44,019 nucleotides of DNA from Octopus bimaculoides. Taxonomy: Eukaryota. This document shows positions 22,301 to 33,900 of this stretch, one piece after another. The stretch covers positions 177,778,016 through 177,822,034 of the forward strand of contig NC_068982.1 in the NCBI RefSeq assembly GCF_001194135.2, written 5' to 3'. How positions within the stretch are numbered: the stretch's first letter is position 1; the number at the start of each line of letters is the position of its first letter. The translations under genes and the position numbers were made by a program. The notes under the pieces are model-generated. The model did not search any database and was not told the DNA's origin. It worked only from the letters and a program-made list of their open reading frames with translations.

Positions 22301-25300
22301 TATTAACTTACGTTTTAACAATATCTTCAAATTTTCAAAGGCATCTGTTTCAAGTGTTTCATTGTCTAGATAATCATACAATATTTCTATGGCATCCTTT
22401 GCACGATAACCTTTCAGTATCTGTAAAACTTTGTTACATTTCTGTGTAATATAAGCACATAAATAAATGATTTGGTAATTGTTTATTTTTGCTTTCATTA
22501 TTATTGATTTCTTAAGGAAAAAATCAATTCCTTTGAATTTATACGGGTATATGTTAACAACTGATATTATTGATTGACAGATCTCCTATAACAAAAGTAC
22601 CAAACCTATGGCTAGATGCATATCACAAATATTAAGAATATCCAAAATTTAATTTTACCCACTTCATTTACAAACAAAAAAAATTTCTCAATATTATTCC
22701 TATTTTAATTAATGATACACAGGGATGTGTGAAATTCTGCCCTAAATTATCTGAGTTATCCTATATAAAATGGGAATTTGGAGAATAATTTGGATGAAGA
22801 GAACTTACTTATTCACTGGTACTCCATCGGTTACAATGATACATATTCTAGTTGATCTATTCAAAAGAACAGCCTACCCTTGAAATTAACGTGCAAGTAG
22901 CTGAGCTTTCCACAGACATCTGCATCCTAAACATAGTATTGAAGGAGATTCAGTGTGACACAGAGTGTGACACAGAGTGTGACAAAGCTGGCCCTTTGAA
23001 TTACAGGTACAACTCATTTTTGTCAACTGAGTGGAGTGGTGCAATGCGAAATAAAATGTCTTGCTCAAGAATACAATGTACCAGTGGGAATGGAACTCAT
23101 GATCCTATGATCATGAGCTGAATACCCTAACCACTGAGCCAGAAATAGTACTAAAATAAACAACAAAGTATGGGATGTTTGAATCCAGTACTAGACACCT
23201 AACATTCTTATAAGGTTCTTCTCTAAAAATATTTTTGAATTTCTATCATAAAAAAAGTGAACAGCAAGTTTGTTCAAGGTGAGATTTGAATTCAAAATAA
23301 ATCTCACAAACATTGTTTTTACACTTCTTTAATATCTTTGCTACAGTGCACATTCAGACCCATAGTTTAAGTTTCAGATACACAAGCACATATACTCTTT
23401 ACACCAAAAACAGTATTAAAATGAACAAATCCAGTACTCTTGATGAATATATGTTTAAAACATCATCTTAAAGAAGTAATCTAAAAAGTTTGCATGAAAT
23501 TCTCAAAGTAGTATCATCAGCTTTTTTTTGGTGGAGGAGGACAAGCATGATATTAGACAGGTGTTTTTCTAGAGTCTCACATTGGCATCCAACACAGAAA
23601 GTATTAAATTAAAATCAACATTATAGTAATAATTATCTTAATTTTTTCATTATCTTAACAGTGTACTTCATTATCTTAACAGTGTACTTCATTATCTTAA
23701 CAGTGTACTGAATGAAATGCTTGGAAACATTCCTCTCAGTTCTCTACACACTGAGTTCAAATGTCACTGGGCTCGACTTTGCCTTTCATCCTTTCGGGGT
23801 CGATAAAATAAGTATCAGCTGATTACTGGGGTTGATGTAATCAACTGACTCCCTCCCTTGAAATTGCTGGCCTTGTACCAAAATTTGAATTCATTGACAT
23901 TTGGAAGGGCATCCAGTTGTAAAAATCTTGCCAAAACTGACCTCGCTTGTGCTAGCGCCACATAAAAAGCACTCGGGCTACTCTGCAAGCTGGTTGGTCT
24001 TAGGAAGGGCATCCAGCCGTAAAAACCATGGTAAAACAGATACAGAAGTCTGGTGCAGTCTTCTGCCAAGCCAGCTCCTGTCAAACAGCCCAACCAATGC
24101 CAGTATGGACGGCAGACGTTAAAAGATGATGATGATTGTGACAGATGGAAGAATAATTAAGGCCTTTAGGTATTTCATTTTATCTCTTTCTATTCTACTT
24201 TTATATATCATGAGAGTCAATTTTCTCTTTGTACAGGTCAGGTGTTTATAATATAAACGATGAAGTCAGGTACTGAGGTACTGATTTAGTTAACCATACC
24301 TTCCTACCAAAATGGATGGGTGACTTTATCGCAAAGTCAAAAATCACTTTTGTTACTGTAAGGAGTGACAAAACTAATTTTGTACTCGATGTGCCATGAT
24401 CACAACCATATCAATTTGTATACATGCCATACATACAATATTTGTTTTTGTGCAAGTGTGAAAGGAAACCAGGTGATATACATGCAGAAGAGGCACTAAG
24501 AAGTGAAAAAATTACGAGTGAAATATGAAAGAATAAAAGTTCATTGGCTAAGGGGAGGTTACTCTTTTTGTTTCAGTAATAGGAAAACTAAAATAAATAG
24601 TATATAGATTAACTTCTTGAGCACAAAAACAAAGTTTTGGAGAAATAATTGATTTGATTTAACACAAGTATTTGATTGGTGCTTATTTCATAGACTATTT
24701 GAAAAATGAAAGGTTAAGTCAGTTTTAGCAGGATTTAAATCTGAACATAAATAGACATGACAAAATATCTTGCAAACTGTACTAGCCATTGCTGTATTAA
24801 TTCAGCTAAAGTAGTATATTGGTGGAATCATGTATCTGATTTCATCAACCACATTACATAATTGGTACTAATTTTATCAGCCTTAATTTTAACAGTCTAA
24901 ATCTTTAGAGCAGCTTATGTGATACTTCTGGCGCTATTTTATTTGGGAAGTAAAACTATTTAGTGTGTTCTGACTTCTTTGTATCAATTATTGACTGTTA
25001 ATTGATACAAAAGAGGAATTCGAAATTAATTTTCTTTTATATTATCATACACATTTGTTACTATAAGTGTCTACTTGAAAATTAGAACTCTCCTAGACAT
25101 TGAAATATGGCAGAGATAATGTTTTATTTAGACTATTGTTGTTATTATTGTCTAACCTGAAGTCATTTTTGATTGAGAAGAATTACACTGTGTAACACGG
25201 TTTTTATTCTTGGGTAGCAACTATTATTTCTTATTTGTTTACCCCTAGAAAGTATGAAAAATGGCTAAAGTCTCCTTCAAACTTTGCTTTTGTTACATTT

Positions 25301-27838
25301 ATTGAAACCCCAAAGAGACCCTCTCAAAACATGGCTATGATGTTCCCCAACTACTCCTGCTCATGATCAGTAACGCACATATTGTAAGCCACTAAGGGAC
25401 ATGCTCAAGTGGTTAAAGTCAAGCAACTGACAAGCAAATCTGTGGTATTGAGCAGTGTATTTGCTATAATGACATTTCTGCTTCAGCAAATCAGCACTGA
25501 ATCTGTCTGAAATGTAATGGAAAACAGGTCAGTTTCAAAACATTGATGTCCAAGTCAAAAAAGCAAAGTTTGAAAGGAATGGTAATCATTTCCTTTTATT
25601 TCTTGATAGAAGCAAATAGGAAATAAAACATACTAACCAAATACAGAAGGAAATAAAAGTTTTGTTACACAGTGTTATAATCAAAGGCAATCCAGCCATG
25701 ACCATTCAGTTTTGTTTTGGGTTGGGGGTTTTTTTTTGTATATTTAAAACTACATTATTTAATGAGTGTTTAACTTTTTTGAAGATAGGAGTAAGTTTAG
25801 GTAGCTATTTCTAGCAAGTAGAATGACTGCACAATAGGTTCCTTGTCAGCTTGTTATCTAGCAGTTTAGGGGGAAATGGTAGCAGTCTAGGTTAAATATT
25901 TTACAGTGCTCAGTCTTGAGTTACTACAAAAAAATCCTGCCAGTGACAACTTCCTCTTTCATATCTAAGAAGTTGATTCCACAGAAGTAATATACTGGGT
26001 TGATTTAATCTATTGTTCCCACTCCTACAGAAAAGTTAACCTCATATCAAATATAATCGTTATTATTGAGGAGATAAAAATTAAGCGTAAAGAAATTAAT
26101 AATTTTCTATATCAGCAAAGAGTATGATGAATAGCTCAAAATATTAAAATTTACCTTTCTCTGAAACACACAAAATAATTTAGAAGATTAGCAAAACAAG
26201 TCAATGAAATTTTGTGTTTAACTTGGGAAGTCTGCTACAAAGACATTGAGCATAGTTTGGCAAGCTTACGGTGATAAGGCATTGGGTCGTATGCAATGCT
26301 TTGAGTGGCACAGGCATTTCAAAAGTGTAAGAACATCTCTGGAAGACCCAGAAATCCTCATCATCATCATCGTTTAATGTCCGCTTTCCATGCTAGCATG
26401 GGTTGGACGATTTGACTGAGGACTGGTGAAACCGGATGGCAACACCAGGCTCCAATCTGATTTGGCAGAGTTTCTACAGCTGGATGCCCTTCCTAACGCC
26501 AACCACTCAGAGAGTGTAGTGGGTGCTTTTACGTGTCACCCCCACGAAGGCCAGTCAGGCGGTACTGGCAACGGCCACACTCAAAACGGTGTATTTTATG
26601 TGCCACCCACACAAGAGCCAGTCCAGGGGCACTGGCAACGATCTCGCTCGAAAATCCTAGGAAGGCCAGTCAGGTGGTACTGGTTACGGCCACGCTCAAA
26701 ATGGTGGAGAAAATTCATCAGCTTGTGCATGAGGGTCATTGAAGGACAATCAACAACATTGCTGATATTGTTGGTCAGGCATAACGAATTCATGCAAGCA
26801 ATCCTAACACCTGAATTGAACATGTGGCATGTTTCTGCTAAGTTTGTCCCCTGCCTGCTTACCACTGAGCAGTAAGAACATCACATTGAACTGTCAAGAT
26901 CTCCGTCAGCATGCTGCTGATGACACATCCTTCATGTCAAAGACTGTTACTGCTGACAACAGTTAGGTCTACAGGTACAACTCTGAGATGAAGCCGCAGT
27001 CATCACAATGGAAGAAGGCACAATAGAGCCACAGCTCAATCAAGAGCATGCTCATCGTTTTTTTTCAACATCCTTGGTATTGAACATCAAGAATTTGTAC
27101 CCCAGGGCCAAAACGTTAATCTAGAGTTCTACTGCAACGTTTTGAAGCATTTGAGGGAGGACATTCAATGAAAGAGACCACATCTGTGGAGTGCAAAGAA
27201 ATGGATTCTTTACAAAGGCAATGCACCTTGTCACCAAGCTCTCATCACTCATGAGTTTCTCACCAAAAAACAACATAGTATCACTTCTGCATCCACCCTA
27301 TTTACCAGATTTACCACCTGCAGCATTCTGTCACTTTTCCAAGATAAAAATGCAGCTCAAAGGTCGCCGTTTTAACACCATTGTTGAGATCAAGAGCAAA
27401 TCACAGAAGGTTCTCGACTTGCTTACAGAAAACAACATCCTGGTCGGATTCCAAAAGTGACAGGAAATGCTGGATCCAGTGTACTGCTGCACAAGGTGAC
27501 TATTTTGAAGATGATGTTAAAATTTAGGTAAATAAGTTATTTTTTGTTAAGCATAACTAGTCCAGGAACTTCTTGATACCACCTTATATATACTTCCTTT
27601 CAGATTTATGAACTAGTACCTGATATATACATACAGACAGTCTGACAGATATTCATTGTTCGTATATATACTTGGGGATGATAATCTTTTCCTTTTGCCA
27701 TTTAAACACACGTACTATTTATTTGATCTTCACTTAAGTTTTTATTTGTATTATTTTTAGTTTGTACGTCTGTCAATATATGTTTCAACACACCTTTTCG
27801 CATCAGGAATTTTGCAAAACAAGCACACAAACGTGTAT

Positions 27839-27872
<34 letters not shown>

Positions 27873-30317
27873 TGAAAGTTGTGCACTTGTCGAATTATGA
27901 ATATTCTTTTCTACTCTAGGCACAAGGCCTGAAATTTGGGGGGGGGGCCAGTCGATTAGATCGACCACAGTACGCAACATAATTTATCAACCCCGAAGGG
28001 ATGAAAGGTAATGTCGACCTCGGCAGAATTTAAGCTCAGAACATAAAGACAGACGAAATACCGCTAAGCATTTCGCCCGGCGTGCTAACGTTTCTGCTAG
28101 CACGCCGCCTTTCCTGCACATCTCCAGCAAAATTATAAGTCAACGATGCNNNNNNNNNNNNNNNNNNNNNNNNNNNNNNNNNNNNNNNNNNNNNNNNNNN
28201 NNNNNNNNNNNNNNNNNNNNNNNNNNNNNNNNNNNNNNNNNNNNNNNNNNNNNNNNNNNNNNNNNNNNNNNNNNNNNNNNNNNNNNNNNNNNNNNNNNNN
28301 NNNNNNNNNNNNNNNNNNNNNNNNNNNNNNNNNNNNNNNNNNNNNNNNNNNNNNNNNNNNNNNNNNNNNNNNNNNNNNNNNNNNNNNNNNNNNNNNNNNN
28401 NNNNNNNNNNNNNNNNNNNNNNNNNNNNNNNNNNNNNNNNNNNNNNNNNNNNNNNNNNNNNNNNNNNNNNNNNNNNNNNNNNNNNNNNNNNNNNNNNNNN
28501 NNNNNNNNNNNNNNNNNNNNNNNNNNNNNNNNNNNNNNNNNNNNNNNNNNNNNNNNNNNNNNNNNNNNNNNNNNNNNNNNNNNNNNNNNNNNNNNNNNNN
28601 NNNNNNNNNNNNNNNNNNNNNNNNNNNNNNNNNNNNNNNNNNNNNNNNNNNNNNNNNNNNNNNNNNNNNNNNNNNNNNNNNNNNNNNNNNNNNNNNNNNN
28701 NNNNNNNNNNNNNNNNNNNNNNNNNNNNNNNNNNNNNNNNNNNNNNNNNNNNNNNNNNNNNNNNNNNNNNNNNNNNNNNNNNNNNNNNNNNNNNNNNNNN
28801 NNNNNNNNNNNNNNNNNNNNNNNNNNNNNNNNNNNNNNNNNNNNNNNNNNNNNNNNNNNNNNNNNNNNNNNNNNNNNNNNNNNNNNNNNNNNNNNATGCT
28901 TACATACATGCGCATATACACATATACACCCCCACACACACATACATACATCTATCTACATAACAGCCCACTAACTATTCTACTCTACCTGTGTAAACTG
29001 TGGGTATGGGGGTATTATATCTACTATGTATATTTCCTATGTAGTATTGGGGAAGTTTCATTTATAAGGACGTACTCCCGTATTTGTCTGAGTGTTGGGT
29101 CTTTTGGGTGCTTGGATATGATGCAGATGTCAAGTTGACCCAAGTTGTCTCCATGGTGGTCTTTGGCATGTTGGTAGAGCATGAAGGACTGTTTTTTGTC
29201 ATCATATTGTCTCAGATGTTCATTTAGTTGTTCCACAATGCTCCTAGATGTCTTCCCTATGTACGTCATGTTCATGTCTTTACAAGCACCTTTTCTGCAT
29301 CTGATGCTGTAGACTACATTTCAAGTTCTACAGTTAATGCCAGGTCTAATCCTACACACCATGCAGTTATCATTGGTGCATATGGTATTTTCAAAGGGGT
29401 ACATCCTACATAGTTGTGATCTGACGGAGTTCCCTAGCTTTTCAACAATCTTAATGTTGAGTTTGATCTCCTTCAGAGCTTTCCTAAATCTACAAGCTAG
29501 TTCTACATGGGCTGTGGCCCCTACAAACATCACTCCTTGATATTTGTCGGTTTTATACCACGTGTTTGCCCTGTTTGTTTTGTTACAAGTTCTTTGTATC
29601 CTATTCCATTCTTTGTTTCTATATCTAGGGCAGGTACCACTGGTATCATTATGTAAAATGTTGTCTAAAGAGGGCAGTATTGCCTCGCTGGAGGTGGTGG
29701 AAAGTTCCAAGGGGGCATTAATGAAAACTGAGGCAATAATGGGGTAGAGATTCATGTAAAAAGTGGGATGATAATGGGATAGCAATTCATGCAAAACAAC
29801 AGAATAATGGGTTCATTAAGTTTTATTTGTTAAATACAGTTGCTTTGAATTTGCTTCAGAAAGAGGTTTATGTTTGTGATGGTTAGTTGGGGTGAGGGCA
29901 GTAGGAATGTGGCCTGGGTGTTAAGGGGACAGCAACCCAAAAATGTTTGGGAACCATTGATCTACACAACCACATACGTTTTTATTAAAGATGTGAGAGG
30001 GTGGGAGAAGTAGATAAAAATCTCTATATGAAATCTCAACAAAATTAACTATCATCATAGCTCAGACTTTATAATAAAAATTTTAGCAATGCTCTAATGT
30101 AAAAAATTATTACTATTATTAAGGCGGTGAGCTGCCAGAATGGTTAACATGCCGGGTGAAATGCTTAACAGTATTTCACTCATCACTACATTCTGAGTTC
30201 AAATTCCGCCAAGGTCGACTTTGCCTTTCATCTTTTTGGAGCCGATAAATTAAGTGCCAGTGAAACACTGGGGTCAGTGTAATCAACTTATCCCCTGCCC
30301 TTGTAGCAAAATTTGAA

Positions 30318-30370
<53 letters not shown>

Positions 30371-30485
30371 GCTTCGTTCTGAGTTCAAATTCCATTGAGG
30401 TTGACTTTGCCTTTCATCCTTTTAGAATTGATAAATAAAGTACCCCTCCCCCAAAATATCAGGCCTTGTGTCTATAGTAGAAAGG

Positions 30486-30517
<32 letters not shown>

Positions 30518-30900
30518 GGCAGCAAGATGGCAGAATTGTTAGCATGCCAAGCAAAGTTCTGAGTTCAAATTCTGCTGAGGTCAACTTTGCTTTTCATCTT
30601 TCCAGGGTCAATTAAATAAGTTCTAGTTATTCACTGGGGTCAATGACTTACCTCCTCCCCAAAAATTTTAGGCCTTGTGCCTATAGTAGAAAGGTTTATT
30701 ATTAAGGGAGCAAGCTGGCAGAATCATGAATGTTCAAGACAAAATGCTCAGCAATATTTCTTCCAACTTTTTGTTCCGAACTCAAATGACTTTATCATTC
30801 TTTTGGGGTCAATAATAAGTATCAGTTAATTAGTAAGCAATGTAACTGAGTAGCACTTTCATCCAAAATTTCAGACCTTGAGCCTAGAGTAAAAAGAATT

Positions 30901-30931
<31 letters not shown>

Positions 30932-33900
30932 AGTGAGAGAGGAGTTTATGCCATCAAAGTCACACTGGAGTGCAAATACAAAGCCCAATATACCCAGCAT
31001 GACTACACATCATCATCATCATCATCATCGTTTAACGTCCGCTTTCCATGCTAGCATGGGTTGGACGATTTGACTGAGGACTGGTGAAACCGGATGGCAA
31101 CACCAGGCTCCAGTCTGATTTGGCAGAGTTTCTACAGCTGGATGCCCTTCCTAACGCCAACCACTCAGAGAGTGTAGTAGTACACATCTTATAAGAATAC
31201 ACCGGGTACATGGCTCACAATCATATGTGTGCAACATGGTGATCTTGTATCAAGATAAACAGTGTGTGACCTTGCAGGTAGGACCGAGTTAGAATTTTCT
31301 TCAGGTCAAGTGGCCTATTCTGCTCAAAAGGTCCCTGAATAAGGGTTGTTTAATGATGAACAAAATACCTGTTTCCAGAGATGATTATTCAAACCCTAAA
31401 GAATTCCTTTCAGCACATGGCTCTGTTGCTTTCCCCGCTACTTCAGCTAATAGTCAGAGATGCACATATCATCAACCACAAAGGGACATATTCAACTGGT
31501 CATGGTCAAGTAACTGACAAGCAAATCTGTGGTATTGCGCAGAATATTTGTTGTAACCCATCTTTCATTATTTCATAAAAACAAACGTCAATGATACTTC
31601 CATTTCTTTGATCAATAAACTAACTACTCACTGAATTATGTCGAAAGTCACAGAGTCTATCACAAGCACTGTTTTTAAGTAGAAACTGTGTAGGACAAGC
31701 AGATTCTACTTGCAGGATTCCATGTCAATTCTCTTTTCTCAGTCCCACTCACAAGGCATAAGTCAACTTGAAAGTCATTTGTTTAAGGTGATGTGGGATT
31801 GAAATATTGAACTAGGGATCTTGCGTTTATTATGTTAAGCGAGTACTCGTACCTGCACTCATACATACATACACGTATGCATGGATGGTTGGATGGATGG
31901 ATTACATACATACATACATACATACATGATGGCCGTCCACTCGTGAGCCAGGAAGACCATTGCCGACCTTCAGAAACATTCTGCGCTCTAGTACTAACTT
32001 ACATTTTGCATTTATGGCTCCGTTGGTGGCTAATGGGCCCTGCTCTTGATAAGCATACACGACTGCAAACATTGCAGATTAAGCTTTCCCCATTCACTAT
32101 ACGAGCCGTGCACTTTCGCGCAGCTCACTTAAGTTCTTCATGCTGGATACGTGCTCGCTCAAAAGTGTTGATCCCCTCCTTAACCTGCTTCCTCCATCTG
32201 TGGCGATGACAGGCATTGTTCTCCCAGTCAGTGTCCTGCATATTACAGGCCTTTAATGAGGACTTGACACAGTCCTTAAAGCGCAGCCTTGGTTTCTGCC
32301 GGAGTCTCCTTCCATTCACAAGTTCTCCATAGAGCATCTGCTTAGGAATCCTGCTATCCTTCATTCTAATAAGGTGTCCAGTCCAATGTAACCGGTGCTT
32401 GTGCACCATCACCTCAATACTCAAGATATCAGCTGTCCTCAGGATCTGTGTGTCTAGAATCTTTGAGGTCCAGCCAACATTGAGAATGTGCCTGAGACAT
32501 CTCTGATGAAAGCGTTCAAGGACCCTTACCTGACGTTTGTAGAGTCCATGTTTCACACAAGTAGAGAAGCGATGTTAGTACACAAGCACGGTACACAGCA
32601 ACTTTTGTTTGCCTTGCTATGCCATGCTGGGACCAGACATGACACAACATACATACAAACATACATACATACAAACATACATACATACATACATACATAC
32701 ATACATACCACTTAAGCCATGCTTTTCCCTATACACAGAAACACACACAATCATACTCATATATATTCATACATATTTGCACACATACACACAGACATAT
32801 ATATCACAAAGTGCATTCACATATCAAATTTCAATTACAAAACTAAAATAATTTTTCACATAATGCATTTGTAAGTATAGTCACTGGGCTCTTGGGTCAG
32901 AGAATAAATGCAGTAATCCTGACACTGTGCAAATGATTTTGTCAATATATTCATTTGTCATTGTACTACTTACTTCCAGATACTGTATACTTGCAAACTC
33001 GTGTTTGAGTTCAAAAGGAGATGAATTCACGGTTTTTTTTGCATCACTCAACCATCCAATGTATTGAGTAGTTCCAAACTGTAAAGAATTTGCACTGAGT
33101 TCTTTAAAGAAAAAAGAAAAAAGAAAAATATACAAAGAATAAGGAATAAATATGAAAAGAGTTTTAAAAACAAAAGAAAATAAAGAAATGGGAAAATAAG
33201 AGGGTAAGCTAATACAACTGAATATAAAATTGAAATTGAAAAAAAGAACAAAAAGATTTCTTCTAAAAACAAAATTTTTGCTGGTATTTGATCTTACTCT
33301 GAGAATCACCTTAGCCAAGCTAATTTGGCAGCCAACTGATAGAAATGTCTATTATTCAATCTCCTGATGAATAATCGAATTGCCTTTCTGTACAATGAAG
33401 ACAGCAAAAATACGATTTGTGTGCAGTATAGGCAATCTATATACAAAAGTGCAAATCTAATTAACAAACATTCTGGACTTACTATATGATGAAAGCATCA
33501 TTATATGGAAACCTTCTGAAAGTATTGTTTAACCAGTTTGAAATTGCAAACATAAGGCCTAAGAACTATTACTTTGTATGATCCTGTTGTTTGAATGTAT
33601 AGGACCACTTAATTTCATGTGTTATTGGATAATTCCCTGGTGTAGCTCCTATACATTCAATCAGCAGGATCATACAAGACTGAGATAGAGCATGACAAAA
33701 GGATCTGGGGTGTGAGATTTTCATGGATGTACATTGGAATTCCACCATAACTCCTGTCTTTTCTGTTGCTTTCAATACAACATATTTTGGTATGTGTATT
33801 TCTGCATCTGCAGTGTCATGTTTTAGATGTAAAAATGGAGGCAGTAACAATTGATGGCATCAACATCAAAGAAGAGGAAGTAATACTGGCAATAAATGGC

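Noticed and set aside
23646-23708. 21-bp direct repeats as a CRISPR array
   Set aside because: Contiguous tandem copies without spacers, in a eukaryotic intron with no cas genes.
24340-24480. Cys/His-rich stretch resembling TRIM B-boxes (YCKE*QN*FCTRC; CHDH...C)
   Set aside because: It needs two stops and a frameshift, key cysteines are missing, and another frame reads as unrelated sequence. Likely chance.
24975-25017. Short hairpin tttgtatcaatta/taattgatacaaa
   Set aside because: A 13-18 bp AT-rich stem that does not extend; expected occasionally by chance or as a MITE remnant.
29321-29323. In-frame TGA in the Penelope-like ORF as a selenocysteine codon
   Set aside because: It lies at a non-Cys position (NCRT*NVVY) best explained by CGA-to-TGA decay, and no SECIS was identified.
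33300-33400. Possible extra Hel2i exon (cag...ag|gtaaga)
   Set aside because: All three frames hit stops after the acceptor, and exons 5 and 6 already join in frame.
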